A DNA stretch of 30,249 nucleotides, from assembly GCA_918234285.1 (NCBI GenBank), contig CAKJXZ020000044.1, positions 1 to 30,249 of the forward strand, read 5' to 3'. The DNA comes from Pseudomonadota bacterium (GTDB lineage: Bacteria > Pseudomonadota > Alphaproteobacteria > RF32 > CAG-239). Numbering within the stretch: position 1 is the stretch's first letter; each line of letters opens with the position of its first letter. The notes beneath the pieces were generated by a model. It did no database searches, was not told the DNA's origin, and saw nothing but the letters and a program-made list of their open reading frames with translations. Shown here piece by piece: positions 18,776 to 30,012 of the stretch. Both the position numbers and the translations under genes were made by a program.

Positions 18776-19014
18776 GATACAAAAAAGCCTCCCCTTACGG
18801 GAGGTTTTTTGTATCTGCGAGGTGGCGGATTTGAAGCAACGTAAAGACGGCGCAGCCGGATTGCGGGGGTTTGACGCCAAGCGAATAAGGCGTAAGCCGT
18901 TGAGCGCGAAGGAAACGCGCAGCGGAACAATCCGACCCTCGCTACCAGATACAAAAAAGCCTCCCCTTGTGGGAGGTTTTTTTGTATCTGCGAGGTGTCG
19001 GATTTGAAGCAACG
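18757..19014 (+). repeat. tRNA-linked direct repeat: two ~85-bp copies (18757-18841, 18929-19014), period 172 bp
   Basis: Each copy is the last 19 nt of the tRNA, a long hairpin, then a degenerate inverted tRNA 3' end. The copies differ in the hairpin loop, T-run length and one further base. Confidence 0.95.
18774..18817 (+). terminator. Intrinsic (potentially bidirectional) terminator after tRNA-Met
   Basis: CAGATACAAAAAAGCCTCCC-loop-GGGAGGTTTTTTGTATCTG. A second copy lies at 18946-18990. Confidence 0.8.
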
Positions 19015-19191
19015 GGAGCGCCGTGGCCGACATTCGGCTGGTTCGACAAGAAAATACACAATAATCATTAAGAAATAAGAAAATTGTTAATAAACACAAT
19101 AAAAATCTTGCATTATAATAAGAAATATATTACATTGATTTTGTATTGAACAAATACATTGTATTAACTTTAATAATGAAAGGGTAAAAAT

Positions 19192-19492
19192 ATGCCAATA
19201 CCTATTTGGGCTCTAAGATTTGGACGAAACAAAATTATAAAAAAAAGCATTTGCACCGACTGAGTTAAATGTAGGTGAAAATGAAGTTATTGAAGAAATG
19301 AAAAATCCTAATTCACCAATGCACAAAGATGTGTCAGAATGGGATGACTGGGATAGATATCGTGCAGAAAACTCGCCATCTTATAAATATAATTATTATT
19401 TGCAGCAACAAGTAGATCAATATAATAAAAATATTATAGAAAAACACTTGCAGGATTGGCGTGAACGTGATAAACTCAAGAAAAGATGGTAA
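19192..19492 (+). pseudogene. Frameshifted (possibly phase-variable) small hypothetical gene; 99 aa if A8 becomes A7
   Basis: GAAAGGG RBS and ATG 19192 give 23 aa. The +1 frame opens inside the A8 run (19239-19246) and runs through ORF 19298..19492. Confidence 0.65.
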
Positions 19493-19507
19493 TATAAGGT
19501 AATAAAA

Positions 19508-19807
19508 ATGCAGAAATTGATAACCGCAGCGAAGCATATATTGATTTTTATAGTATCTCTACTGATTATAACAGGATTTACGGTCGGTATTGTTTCTGCA
19601 CTTATTTCTGTAATACCGGATGAAAACATTATTTCATTCTTCGGTATAGATAAAAAAGAATTTATAAAATATATTTCGGAAATATTTTCATGGGCTTTTA
19701 TTGTTACATACCTATTTAAGAATAAAATTTCCAATAAGTTTTATTTTATTCTGATTTATTTGATTATGTGCACACTTTTCTTGTTTTTGCCCATGTTGTT
19801 TAATTAA
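19508..19807 (+). CDS. Small AT-rich membrane protein, 99 aa, about 3 TM helices
   Basis: AAGGT RBS upstream, three hydrophobic segments, 15 nt after the preceding stop. Confidence 0.7.
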   Translation: MQKLITAAKHILIFIVSLLIITGFTVGIVSALISVIPDENIISFFGIDKKEFIKYISEIFSWAFIVTYLFKNKISNKFYFILIYLIMCTLFLFLPMLFN

Positions 19808-19901
19808 ATTCTCTTGATAAAAAAGGCACATTTTTACACATCATTGCCTGTGGATGATGCATTTTATAACGATTAAATCTTCATGGCTATACGCCGACAA
19901 T

Positions 19902-19937
19902 AAAAAACTCCCGAGAATAAAAACATCTCGGGAGTTT
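19902..19937 (-). terminator. Intrinsic terminator of rpoBC (probably bidirectional)
   Basis: 12-bp perfect stem AAACTCCCGAGA/TCTCGGGAGTTT with T-tracts on both strands, about 20 nt after the rpoC stop. Confidence 0.85.
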
Positions 19938-19959
19938 CTTGTTTTTAGTCAGAAAGGAA

Positions 19960-22900
19960 TTATTCGGCTTCCGTCATTTCCGGAGCGGCGTTACCTTCCG
20001 CTTCCAACAGAGCCTTTTGCTTTTGTGCATTGGCTTCTGCTTCCTGACGACGCATTTCCAAAATTTCCTTATCGTTCTGCGCCGCAACTTTTCTGAGCGA
20101 ACGCAAAACGCTACCCGTACCTGCCGGAATTAAACGACCGACGATTACGTTTTCTTTAAGGCCGGTCAAGGTATCAACTTTACCTTCAACCGCAGCTTCG
20201 GTCAAAACGCGGGTTGTTTCTTGGAAGGATGCGGCCGAAATAAACGACTTGGTCTGCAAGCTGGCTTTGGTAATACCCAAAAGAATATCATCAGCTTTGG
20301 CCGGCTCGCCGCCCTCAGCGATAATCTTTTGATTTTCGGCTTCAAACACATCGCGGTCAACCTGTTCGCCCACCAGGAAAGTGGTACTGCCGGCGTCGGT
20401 AATTTCTACCTTCTTCAGCATTTGCGAAACAATTACTTCAATGTGTTTATCGTTAATTGCCACACCTTGCAGACGATAAACAGCCTGAACTTCCTGAACC
20501 AGATATTCGGCCAGTTTTTCCACGCCCAACACACGCAAAATATCGTGCGGAGCCGGTGTACCGTCAACCAACAAATCGCCCTTCTTTACCTTATCGCCGT
20601 CTTGAACCACCAAACGACGTCCCTTCGGGATAAGATATTCGATTTCACGGCCTTCGTTTTCTTCGTCAATGACTTTAATGCGTTGTTTAGCCTTATAGTC
20701 TTTGCCGTATTCAACAATACCGTCAATATCGGAGATAATCGCCGGATCCTTCGGACGACGAGCTTCAAACAGCTCGGCCACGCGCGGCAAACCACCGGTA
20801 ATATCTTTTGTTTTGGTACTTTCTCTCGGAATACGGGCAATAACGTCACCAACATGAACTTCGGTATCTTTATCAACGTTCAAAACCGCATCCGGCGACA
20901 GATAATAACGAACTTCCTTGCCGGAATCGTAAGTTACATGCTTGCCCTTGCTGTTTTTGAGCATAACGCTCGGTTTCAAGCCCGAATATGCACCCGAACC
21001 GGATTGCCAATCGATAACCGTCTTAGAGCTGATACCGGTTGTTTCATCCATGGTTTCTTTAACCGAAACGTTCGGAATCAAGTCAACCAGCTCGGCCTTA
21101 CCGGCTTTTTCGGAAATAATCGGCGTCATGAACGGGTCCCACTCGGCAACTTTTCTACCCTTCTCCACTTCGGTACCTTCGGCAACCAAAATCTTGGCGC
21201 CGTACGGAACATGGTGGCGGGATTTTTCGCGGCCCTGCTTATCTTGAATAACGATATCGCAGTTACGCGACAAGATAATCAGATTACCTTCCGAATTTTC
21301 AACCGTATGCGTATTTTCCAATTTCAAAATACCGGAGAACGGTACTTCAATCATCGATTGTTCGGCCGACTTGGAGGCGGCACCGCCGATGTGGAACGTA
21401 CGCAGGGTCAATTGGGTACCCGGTTCGCCGATGGATTGAGCGGCAATAACACCGACAGCTTCGCCGATGCTGACCGGATTACCTCTGGCCAAATCACGAC
21501 CGTAGCAGGCAGCGCAAACACCGTGTTCGCTTTCGCAGGTCAATACCGAACGGATTTTAACCTGTTCAACGCCGGCTTTTTCAACCTTCTCAACGTCGGC
21601 TTCGTCAATCAATTTGCCCTTAACCACCAAAACTTCGCCGGTTTCCGGATTCAAGATATCTTCTTGTGCCGTACGGCCCAAAATACGCTCGCCGATGGTG
21701 GCGATAACCTGACCGCTGTCAACTACCGGACGTACGATAATGCCGCGCTCGGTACCGCAATCGGTTTCGGTAATAACCACGTCTTGGCCGACGTCAACCA
21801 AACGACGGGTCAGATAACCGGCGTTTGCCGTCTTCAAAGCGGTATCGGCCAAACCTTTACGCGCACCGTGGGTTGAGTTAAAGTATTCCGACACCGTCAA
21901 ACCTTCTTTAAAGTTAGAGATAATCGGTTGTTCAATAATTTCGCCTGACGGTTTTGCCATCAAACCGCGCATACCAGCCAATTGGCGCATTTGTGCCGCA
22001 CTACCGCGGGCGCCGGAATCGGCCATCATAAACACGGAGTTATATGAACCGTTGACCGGTTTTGAAATGTTTTCCATCATCGCGTTGGCGACTTTATCGG
22101 TATAAGATGCCCAAATATCAACGACTTTGTTGTATTTTTCGCCTTTGGTAATCAAACCGTTTTGATATTGCTGTTCAAATTCTGCCACCTGAGCGGAAGC
22201 TTCGGCAATCATTTCCTGCTTTTTAGCCGGAACAATCAAATCGTCCTTACCGAACGAAATACCGGACAAGCAAGCGTATCTATAACCCAAGCCCATAATG
22301 GCATCGGCCATGATACAGGTTTCTTTACCGCCGCAAACACGATATACTTCGTCAATAATCTGCGAAATTTGTTTCTTTTTAACCAAACGATTCACCAGCG
22401 AGAACGGAACGCCCTCTTTCTTCGGCAAAATGTCGGAAACGATGATACGTCCCGGAGTGGTTGCCACAATACCTTTGGTAAATTTGCCGTCATCGCCGAC
22501 ATATTCCATACGGCATTTGATTTTAGCGTGCAAATCAACCGCTTTGGCATTCAAAGCCAACATACATTCTTCCGGACTGGAATAAATACTGCCTTCACCT
22601 GTCATCCCGTCCATTTCATACGTCAGATAATAAATACCCAACACCATATCTTGCGACGGCACGATAATCGGCTTACCCGAAGCCGGAGACAAAACGTTGT
22701 TTGAAGACATCATTAATACGCGCGCTTCCAGTTGTGCTTCAATTGAAAGCGGAACGTGTACTGCCATTTGGTCACCATCGAAGTCGGCGTTAAATGCGGT
22801 ACAAGCCAGCGGATGCAAGTGAATTGCCTTACCTTCAACCAATACCGGTTCATAAGCCTGAATACCCAGACGGTGCAAGGTCGGAGCACGGTTCAACAAT

Positions 22901-24171
22901 ACCGGGTGCTCGCGGATAACTTCTTCCAGAATATCCCAAACTTCCGGACGCTCCTTTTCTACCATACGTTTTGCCGCCTTAATGGTGGTGGCGTGGCCGT
23001 AAAGTTCCAATTTGGCATATACGAACGGCTTAAACAATTCCAAAGCCATTTTCTTCGGCAAGCCGCATTGGTGCATTTTGAGTTCCGGACCGACGGTAAT
23101 AACCGAACGACCGGAATAGTCAACACGCTTACCCAAAAGGTTTTGACGGAAACGTCCCTGCTTACCTTTCAGCATATCGGCCAAAGATTTAAGCGGGCGC
23201 TTGTTGGTGCCGGTAATGGCACGACCGCGACGGCCGTTATCAAACAAAGCATCAACTGATTCTTGCAACATACGTTTTTCGTTGCGGACAATAATGTCCG
23301 GAGCGTGCAATTCAATCAGGCGTTTCAAACGATTGTTGCGGTTAATCACACGACGATACAAATCGTTCAAATCAGAAGTGGCAAAACGGCCGCCGTCCAG
23401 CGGAACGAGCGGACGCAAATCAGGCGGAATAACCGGCAATACGGTCAGAATCATCCACTCCGGTTTAGCGTTGGAGTGAATAAATGCTTCCACCAATTTC
23501 AGGCGTTTAACCAACTTTTTGCGTTTGGCTTCGGAAGTTGTTTCCTGCAGTTCCAAACGCATGGCATCACGTTCTGTTTCCAAATCAATATTGGAAAGGA
23601 TTTCACGCAATGCTTCGGCGCCGATACCGGCTCTGAACGAATCTTCGCCGTATTTATCAATGGCATCCTGATATTCTTCTTCCGTCATCAACTGATTTAT
23701 CTGCAAATCGGTCAACCCCGGTTCAATCACAATATAGTTTTCAAAATACAATACGCGTTCCAAAGATTTTTCCGAAATATCGGTCAAAGTGGAAATACGC
23801 GACGGCAATGATTTCAAAAACCAAATGTGTGCCACCGGTGCCGCCAATTCGATATGTCCCATTCTTTCGCGGCGAACTTTGGAAAGCGTAACTTCCACAC
23901 CGCACTTCTCGCAGACAATACCGCGGCTCTTCATGCGTTTATATTTACCGCACAAGCACTCGTAATCCTTAACCGGACCGAAAATGCGTGCACAGAACAA
24001 ACCGTCTTTTTCCGGCTTAAACGTACGATAGTTAATGGTTTCCGGCTTTTTAACCTCACCATAAGACCACGAACGAATCTGTTCCGGAGAAGCAATCGAG
24101 ATTTTAATTGCCTCAAAACTGTCAGCCGCCAATTGTTGCTGATCCATTACATTTACTAATTCATTACTCAT
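19960..24171 (-). CDS. rpoC: DNA-directed RNA polymerase subunit beta'
   Basis: Catalytic NADFDGD, Zn finger CLCGKYK...CEKC, bridge helix [13 protein letters not shown], trigger loop [13 protein letters not shown]. Confidence 0.99.
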   Translation of the reverse strand: MSNELVNVMDQQQLAADSFEAIKISIASPEQIRSWSYGEVKKPETINYRTFKPEKDGLFCARIFGPVKDYECLCGKYKRMKSRGIVCEKCGVEVTLSKVRRERMGHIELAAPVAHIWFLKSLPSRISTLTDISEKSLERVLYFENYIVIEPGLTDLQINQLMTEEEYQDAIDKYGEDSFRAGIGAEALREILSNIDLETERDAMRLELQETTSEAKRKKLVKRLKLVEAFIHSNAKPEWMILTVLPVIPPDLRPLVPLDGGRFATSDLNDLYRRVINRNNRLKRLIELHAPDIIVRNEKRMLQESVDALFDNGRRGRAITGTNKRPLKSLADMLKGKQGRFRQNLLGKRVDYSGRSVITVGPELKMHQCGLPKKMALELFKPFVYAKLELYGHATTIKAAKRMVEKERPEVWDILEEVIREHPVLLNRAPTLHRLGIQAYEPVLVEGKAIHLHPLACTAFNADFDGDQMAVHVPLSIEAQLEARVLMMSSNNVLSPASGKPIIVPSQDMVLGIYYLTYEMDGMTGEGSIYSSPEECMLALNAKAVDLHAKIKCRMEYVGDDGKFTKGIVATTPGRIIVSDILPKKEGVPFSLVNRLVKKKQISQIIDEVYRVCGGKETCIMADAIMGLGYRYACLSGISFGKDDLIVPAKKQEMIAEASAQVAEFEQQYQNGLITKGEKYNKVVDIWASYTDKVANAMMENISKPVNGSYNSVFMMADSGARGSAAQMRQLAGMRGLMAKPSGEIIEQPIISNFKEGLTVSEYFNSTHGARKGLADTALKTANAGYLTRRLVDVGQDVVITETDCGTERGIIVRPVVDSGQVIATIGERILGRTAQEDILNPETGEVLVVKGKLIDEADVEKVEKAGVEQVKIRSVLTCESEHGVCAACYGRDLARGNPVSIGEAVGVIAAQSIGEPGTQLTLRTFHIGGAASKSAEQSMIEVPFSGILKLENTHTVENSEGNLIILSRNCDIVIQDKQGREKSRHHVPYGAKILVAEGTEVEKGRKVAEWDPFMTPIISEKAGKAELVDLIPNVSVKETMDETTGISSKTVIDWQSGSGAYSGLKPSVMLKNSKGKHVTYDSGKEVRYYLSPDAVLNVDKDTEVHVGDVIARIPRESTKTKDITGGLPRVAELFEARRPKDPAIISDIDGIVEYGKDYKAKQRIKVIDEENEGREIEYLIPKGRRLVVQDGDKVKKGDLLVDGTPAPHDILRVLGVEKLAEYLVQEVQAVYRLQGVAINDKHIEVIVSQMLKKVEITDAGSTTFLVGEQVDRDVFEAENQKIIAEGGEPAKADDILLGITKASLQTKSFISAASFQETTRVLTEAAVEGKVDTLTGLKENVIVGRLIPAGTGSVLRSLRKVAAQNDKEILEMRRQEAEANAQKQKALLEAEGNAAPEMTEAE

Positions 24172-24189
24172 TCTCTAAACTCCTCCGAA

Positions 24190-27100
24190 TTATGCGTCAT
24201 CTTCGTTTAACATTTCAACATTTAAGCACAAAGACTTGATTTCTTTGACCAATACGTTGAATGATTCCGGAATACCGGTATTAAAGCTGTCTTCGCCGGC
24301 AACAATGGCGTCATAAACTCTGGTTCTGCCGTCAACGTCATCGGATTTAATGGTAAGCATTTCTTGCAACGTATAAGCCGCACCGTAGGCTTGCAGTGCC
24401 CACACTTCCATTTCGCCGAAACGTTGGCCGCCGAATTGAGCCTTACCGCCCAAAGGTTGCTGTGTAACCAAACCGTAAGGACCGACCGAACGTGCGTGCA
24501 TTTTTTCATCAACAATGTGGTGAAGTTTAATCATATACATAACGCCGACCGTGACTTTGCGGTCAATTTTTTCACCGGTACGACCGTCATACAGGTCAAT
24601 CTGACCGGAAACCGGCAAACCGGCCATAGTCAGCATACTGTTGATATCGTCGCCGGTTGCACCGTCGAATACCGGAGTTGCCATCGGAATACCGTTTTTC
24701 AAGTTGGAAATCATTTCCATCTTTTCATCTTCGGTCAAAGTAGCAACTTCTTTCTTATATTGCTTTTCGCCATAAATTTCTTTCAGGCGCTTATTCAGTT
24801 CTTCGGCCGTTTTTTCGCCGCGCTTATATTGTTCGCACATTTCGTTGAGCTGTGCGCCCAATTCTTTAGCGGCCCAACCGAGGTGAGTTTCCAAAATTTG
24901 GCCCACGTTCATACGCGAAGGCACGCCGAGCGGGTTCAACACCACATCAACCGGAGTACCGTCTTCGGTATACGGCATATCCGCCAACGGCAATACGCGC
25001 GAAACCGTACCTTTGTTACCGTGACGACCGGCCATCTTATCACCGGTTTGCATTTTTCTCTTGGTGGCAATAAATACCTTAACCAGTTTCAAAACGCCCG
25101 GCAACAAATCATCACCGCGTTGAACCTTGGCAACTTTGTCGTCATAATGAGCCTTAATATCGGCCATACGAGCATCAAATGCACCGTTAAATTCCTCTAT
25201 TCTGCCCATAATGTCTTCGTTTTTAACCACGATTTCTTTCCATTTGGCAACCGGAAATTCCGCCAGTTTTTCGGCAGTGATTTTTTCGTTTTTCTTAAAT
25301 CCTTTCGGGCCGTCGACCACAGTCTGACCAACCAGCATTTTTTCCAAACGAGCCTGATAGTTGCGACGAATAATTGCCATTTCATCATCACGGTCTTTGG
25401 CCAAAGCGGAAATTTCTTCCTGTTCGATAGCCAGAGCGCGCTCGTCTTTTTCCACGCCGCGGCGCGAGAAAATACGAACATCAACCACAATACCGTCGAC
25501 ACCCGGCTGAGCGCGTAACGAAGTATCGCGAACATCGCTGGCCTTCTCGCCGAAAATGGCGCGTAAGAGTTTTTCTTCCGGAGTTACCGGAGACTCGCCC
25601 TTCGGTGTAACCTTACCGACCAAAATATCGCCGGCTTTAACGTGAGCGCCGACATAAACGATACCGGCTTCATCGAGGTTGCGCAACGCATCTTCGCTGA
25701 CATTCGGAATATCGCGGGTAATTTCTTCCTGACCGAGTTTGGTATCGCGTGCCATAACTTCAAATTCTTCAATGTGCAGCGAAGTCAAAACATCGTCACG
25801 GGAAATACGTTCCGAAAGCAAAATAGCATCTTCGTAGTTCAAACCGTTCCACGGCATAAAGGCCACCAACAGGTTTTTACCCAAAGCAAGTTCGCCCAAA
25901 TTGGTACACGGACCGTCGGCAATAATATCGCCCTTCTTAATATGGTCACCGACTTTTACCAGCGGAACCTGGTTAATGCAGGTATTTTGGTTGGAACGAC
26001 GGAACTTGGACAGTTTATAAATTTCAACACCGGCATCGCGAACTTCATCGCCGTCGGTACGAATAACGATACGATTGGCATCAACCGCATCAACCACACC
26101 GTCATATTTAGCTACCAAAGTAGCGCCGGAATCTTTTGCCACCGTTGCTTCAATACCGGTACCGACCAGCGGTGCTTCCGAACGAAGCAAAGGCACACCT
26201 TGACGTTGCATGTTTGAACCCATCAACGCGCGGTTGGCGTCGTCGTTTTCCAAGAACGGAATCAAAGCGGCTGCTACCGAAACCAACTGTTTCGGCGAAA
26301 CGTCAATGTAATCGATTTCTTCCGGTTTATGAAACTCAACTTCGCCGGCGCAACGGCAGGTAATCAAATCATTAACGAAATGACCTTTGTCATCAACCTT
26401 GGCGTTGGCTTCGGCAATAATGATTTTTTTATCTTCGCCGGTTACCGGATCTTTATAGGTTCTGCTCTCGTCATCTGCCGACAAATATTTCACTTCGTCG
26501 GTTACTTTACCGTTTACTACGCGGCGATACGGGCATTCGATAAAGCCGTATTTATTCACGCGCGCGTATGTACATAAAGAGTTAATCAAACCGATGTTCG
26601 GACCTTCCGGTGATTCAATCGGGCAGATACGTCCGTAGTGTGTCGGGTGTACGTCGCGGACTTCAAAGCCGGCACGGTCACGGCTCAAGCCGCCCGGGCC
26701 CAAAGCTGACAAACGACGCTTATGCGTAATTTCCGACAACGGGTTGTTCTGGTCCATAAATTGCGACAATTGCGAAGAACCGAAGAACTCGCGAATAACC
26801 GAGGCAATCGGCTTGGCATTGATTAAATCTTGCGGCTTAACGTTGTTCAAAACTTCGGCACTCATCTTTTCTTTAATGGCGCGTTCCATTCTGAGCAAGC
26901 CCATACGATATTGGTTTTCCATCAATTCGCCGACCGAACGCACACGACGATTGCCGAGGTGGTCAATATCATCGACCTGACCTCTGCCGTCACGAATTTC
27001 AACCAGCTTCTTAACAATCAACAAAATATCTTCTTTGCGCAGAACACGCAAAGTATCCGGAGCTTCGCTGAACGGAATGTTCAATGAGGCGTTCATCTTA

Positions 27101-28404
27101 ACACGGCCCACAGCGGACAAATCATAGCGCTCGGAATCAAAGAACTGCTGCTTGAAAGAGGCATCCGCCGCCTCCAAAGTTGCCGGTTCGCCCGGACGCA
27201 TAACGCGATAAATATCAAACAATGCTTCCTGACGATTGCTATTCTTATCAGCAGCCAAAGTATTACGGATATACGGACCGACATTCAAACCGTCGATATA
27301 CAGAGTATCAACTTCTTTGATTTTATTTTCTGCCAGTTTATCCAGTAATTCTTCATTGATTTCATCACCGGCTTCGGCTAAAACTTCGCCGTTTTTGGTA
27401 ACAATGTTTTTGGCCAGGAACTTGCCGTACATTTGTTCCTTACCCACTTTGAAGAATTCCAAGCCTTCGTCAGCCAATTTCTGCGCGCTTCTCGGCGTCA
27501 GTTTTTTGCCGGCTTCCCATACTTCTTCACCGGTAGCGGCATTAACGAGCGCAAAGTCAAACTTAACGCCTTTCATACGCTTCGGCTCAAACTTCATTTT
27601 CCATGCTTTTTTATCAGCCAGATAGGTTTCGGTATCATAGAAGTAATTTAAGATTTCTTCTTTATCCATACCCTTGATGTCTTCAAGCGCAATTTCCTTA
27701 CCTTCTTTGGCGGCTTTGGCGATTTTTTCTTCGGTTTCTTTCGAATACAAAGAATAGAAAATCGAAGTTACCGGCAATTTGCGGCGACGATCAATACGTG
27801 CATAAATCAAATCTTTGGCATCAAACTCAAAATCAAGCCACGAACCGCGATACGGAATAATGCGGGCCGAGAACAATTTTTTACCCGAAGATACGTTTTT
27901 GCCGCCGTCGCTGTCAAAGAACACGCCCGGAGAACGGTGCATCTGCGAAACCACCACGCGCTCGGTACCGTTGAAAATAAACGTACCTTTTTCGGTCATC
28001 AACGGAATATCGCCCATATAAACTTCCTGTTCCTTCACATCATGAATAGAACGGGAGCCGGTGGCCTCATCTACATCAAACACAACTAAACGCAGCGTAG
28101 CCTTAATCGGTGCGGCATAAGTCATATCACGACGAATGCACTCTTCTTCGTCGTATTTCGGCTTATCCAAAACATAACCGACGAATTCAAGCTCACCGTT
28201 GCCGGCGTAATCGCTAATCGGAAAGATTGATTTGAACACCTCTTCCAACCCAAATTCACAGTGGTCGCCGTTGGTGTCTACGTTGTTAATAAAACCGGAA
28301 TATGAACCGGTCTGTACATCAATTAAATTCGGCATATCCATAACGGCATCGATTCGGCCGAAATTTTTTCTTACACGCTTTTTGCCCGTATAAGAGTCAC
28401 TCAT
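24190..28404 (-). CDS. rpoB: DNA-directed RNA polymerase subunit beta
   Basis: Motifs [21 protein letters not shown] and [12 protein letters not shown] 28404 ([13 protein letters not shown]) follows GAAGGGA, so the 28440 extension is unlikely. Confidence 0.99.
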   Translation of the reverse strand: MSDSYTGKKRVRKNFGRIDAVMDMPNLIDVQTGSYSGFINNVDTNGDHCEFGLEEVFKSIFPISDYAGNGELEFVGYVLDKPKYDEEECIRRDMTYAAPIKATLRLVVFDVDEATGSRSIHDVKEQEVYMGDIPLMTEKGTFIFNGTERVVVSQMHRSPGVFFDSDGGKNVSSGKKLFSARIIPYRGSWLDFEFDAKDLIYARIDRRRKLPVTSIFYSLYSKETEEKIAKAAKEGKEIALEDIKGMDKEEILNYFYDTETYLADKKAWKMKFEPKRMKGVKFDFALVNAATGEEVWEAGKKLTPRSAQKLADEGLEFFKVGKEQMYGKFLAKNIVTKNGEVLAEAGDEINEELLDKLAENKIKEVDTLYIDGLNVGPYIRNTLAADKNSNRQEALFDIYRVMRPGEPATLEAADASFKQQFFDSERYDLSAVGRVKMNASLNIPFSEAPDTLRVLRKEDILLIVKKLVEIRDGRGQVDDIDHLGNRRVRSVGELMENQYRMGLLRMERAIKEKMSAEVLNNVKPQDLINAKPIASVIREFFGSSQLSQFMDQNNPLSEITHKRRLSALGPGGLSRDRAGFEVRDVHPTHYGRICPIESPEGPNIGLINSLCTYARVNKYGFIECPYRRVVNGKVTDEVKYLSADDESRTYKDPVTGEDKKIIIAEANAKVDDKGHFVNDLITCRCAGEVEFHKPEEIDYIDVSPKQLVSVAAALIPFLENDDANRALMGSNMQRQGVPLLRSEAPLVGTGIEATVAKDSGATLVAKYDGVVDAVDANRIVIRTDGDEVRDAGVEIYKLSKFRRSNQNTCINQVPLVKVGDHIKKGDIIADGPCTNLGELALGKNLLVAFMPWNGLNYEDAILLSERISRDDVLTSLHIEEFEVMARDTKLGQEEITRDIPNVSEDALRNLDEAGIVYVGAHVKAGDILVGKVTPKGESPVTPEEKLLRAIFGEKASDVRDTSLRAQPGVDGIVVDVRIFSRRGVEKDERALAIEQEEISALAKDRDDEMAIIRRNYQARLEKMLVGQTVVDGPKGFKKNEKITAEKLAEFPVAKWKEIVVKNEDIMGRIEEFNGAFDARMADIKAHYDDKVAKVQRGDDLLPGVLKLVKVFIATKRKMQTGDKMAGRHGNKGTVSRVLPLADMPYTEDGTPVDVVLNPLGVPSRMNVGQILETHLGWAAKELGAQLNEMCEQYKRGEKTAEELNKRLKEIYGEKQYKKEVATLTEDEKMEMISNLKNGIPMATPVFDGATGDDINSMLTMAGLPVSGQIDLYDGRTGEKIDRKVTVGVMYMIKLHHIVDEKMHARSVGPYGLVTQQPLGGKAQFGGQRFGEMEVWALQAYGAAYTLQEMLTIKSDDVDGRTRVYDAIVAGEDSFNTGIPESFNVLVKEIKSLCLNVEMLNEDDA

Positions 28405-28590
28405 GTATTTTTCCCTTCTAAAATATTGATTCTGCGACAATTCTTTTGAAAAAAATTCAATCCCGTCAACAGAAGGTTAAAACTTCAAAACTGTTGATAA
28501 AGAATAAGACCAAACCCTCGGTAAAATCTGACCTCTCAGCCTTATTCGCCAAATAATAAAAGCATGGATTTTTACATCGCATATTAAACT

Positions 28591-28625
28591 GCGCGGAGTA
28601 TATATTTTTTTTTATTTTTTTGCAA
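28591..28625 (-). promoter_or_regulatory. Sigma70 promoter for rpoBC with a GC-rich discriminator
   Basis: Minus strand TTGCAA(28625-28620)-N17-TATACT(28602-28597)-CCGCGC, with AT-rich sequence upstream. Confidence 0.7.
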
Positions 28626-28719
28626 GTATTTTTATTTAAAAATAAAACTTTTTTTGTAAGTTGTCATAAACCGAGAGGTACAATGCCGACTGCATATAGT
28701 CTGCCGATATACAAAACAC

Positions 28720-28748
28720 TTGACATAAATAGGAAAATGCAGTAAATT
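28720..28748 (+). promoter_or_regulatory. Putative sigma70 promoter of the orphan gene
   Basis: TTGACA-N17-TAAATT. Confidence 0.55.
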
Positions 28749-28770
28749 TGCGGAAAGAACATGGTATTTA

Positions 28771-29934
28771 TTGGCAAAAAAGATGAATATTAAACAAAGA
28801 ATTAAAAATATCGGGCTGTCTCTCTTACTTAGCGCCTCTCCTTTGGCATCGAGTGCTCAAACCGAGGCAAAATCAGTCAATGAGAGTAGCAATAAAGAAA
28901 CAGTCATCAATCCGAAAGAGCGTGATAGAGAACTGGAACTTGTTTTAGGGAATAAGGCACGTTACAACCGCAAGAACAAAAAGTATACATATATTCCTTT
29001 ATCAAAAGACGATTTTTTAAATATGGCTCAGAGGGCCGTGGAAATATTGCAAAACACTACTGAGAAAAACGATCTCTGCGATAAATTATGTTCGTTTTAC
29101 GAGAATATCAAAGACAAAGAAATTGACTTAGATGATCCTGTAATCCGCAAGACATTTTTAGCGTATAAAAAAATTGTAAAAACAGGCAAATTATCGGCCG
29201 ACAGCAGGAGCGGAATCTATGATGAACAATCTTATCTTTTGGGTATAGATGCCAAATCTTTTCATAAATTAACTAAAACCGCTTCCAATAATGTGCGAAA
29301 CTTTTGCGAGCAAATATATAGCAGCGACGTATTTAAAATGATTAACAACAAAGATGCTCCCGAAGCCGAAAAAATCGCAGAACAACTCTTAAAAGAAAAA
29401 TTAGAAGCCTACAATATAGCTGCTCAAGACACCAGTTTCAGCTATAATGCTTTAATATCAGCCGTTTATCTGTGTGATCTTGATAATGAGTTTAATAATT
29501 GGAATTTGCAATTATCGATAAATTCCAATCAATTTGACGCAACCAAGGGAGTGTATTGTCCGTTAGCGATTGTTAAGGCGCATGAACTAGGACATATTAT
29601 GCAAATTATGCCGGGGGCCCAAAAAGATTATAGTGAAAGATTGGCTGAATTGGCGCCGACACTGGATATGATTGATATGTTGGATAAAGTATATAAAAAA
29701 ATCCATAACATACCTTTAGAAGAAGAAGTCGATTATTCCTTTGCCTCAACGAAAGTAGATTTCGGAAAAATTGCCAACACTTTTCGTAATATTAAAAAAG
29801 AAAAAAATCTGCGCAGTTACGAAGATGTTTTGTTAACGCCGGAAGCCAATAAAGCCATCAACAAATTTGTCACACAAAAAATAGCTATGAATAATTTATC
29901 AAAATCAATCAGCGATAATCTTATGCAAAAATAA
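28771..29934 (+). CDS. Secreted hypothetical protein with an HExxH motif (putative zincin metallopeptidase); start TTG 28771 or ATG 28783
   Basis: Signal peptide (IGLSLLLSASPLASSA-Q), AHELGHIMQ with HELGH at 29581-29595, downstream Glu candidates (SERLAELAP), AT-rich composition. Confidence 0.75.
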   Translation: MAKKMNIKQRIKNIGLSLLLSASPLASSAQTEAKSVNESSNKETVINPKERDRELELVLGNKARYNRKNKKYTYIPLSKDDFLNMAQRAVEILQNTTEKNDLCDKLCSFYENIKDKEIDLDDPVIRKTFLAYKKIVKTGKLSADSRSGIYDEQSYLLGIDAKSFHKLTKTASNNVRNFCEQIYSSDVFKMINNKDAPEAEKIAEQLLKEKLEAYNIAAQDTSFSYNALISAVYLCDLDNEFNNWNLQLSINSNQFDATKGVYCPLAIVKAHELGHIMQIMPGAQKDYSERLAELAPTLDMIDMLDKVYKKIHNIPLEEEVDYSFASTKVDFGKIANTFRNIKKEKNLRSYEDVLLTPEANKAINKFVTQKIAMNNLSKSISDNLMQK

Positions 29935-29970
29935 CCGGTCTTATCGCCATATCGTTTCCGTGAAACGATT

Positions 29971-30012
29971 GGATCCTTCACGACGACACTGACGTGTCCG
30001 TTCAGGATGACG
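29971..30012 (-). repeat. CGTC-tagged REP-like palindrome
   Basis: Minus strand CGTCATCCTGAACGGACACGTCAGTGTCGTCGTGAAGGATCC resembles the GTCATCCTGA...GAAGGATC palindrome class. An adjacent hairpin ATCGTTTC-CGT-GAAACGAT lies at 29951-29969. Confidence 0.55.

Noticed and set aside
18757-18947. Prophage or ICE bounded by attL/attR at tRNA-Met
   Set aside because: Only 153 nt separate the two tRNA-end copies, there is no integrase, and I saw no further copy of the att core in the window.
18718-19099. ORFs of 61-116 aa across the tRNA and its repeat
   Set aside because: They overlap the tRNA and palindromes and merely translate the DNA repeat.
19854-20133. Small + strand ORFs at the rpoC 3' end
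   Set aside because: They overlap the terminator and rpoC antisense, with no RBS or recognisable features.
20221-25518. Long antisense ORFs (551 aa at 20221..21876, 384 aa at 24364..25518; similarly 6295..7293)
   Set aside because: They are codon-aligned shadows of highly biased genes (rpoC, rpoB, mrcA), with no recognisable motifs.
26690-26790. Rifampicin-resistance substitutions in RpoB cluster I
   Set aside because: [26 protein letters not shown] keeps the sensitive-type Q, D, H and S residues.
28771-28815. Similarity of N-termini MAKKMNIKQRIKNI and MAKNLIQQLKDKI as a shared export signal
   Set aside because: Short, Lys-rich and low in complexity. The start of the orphan is uncertain and it has an ordinary Sec signal.
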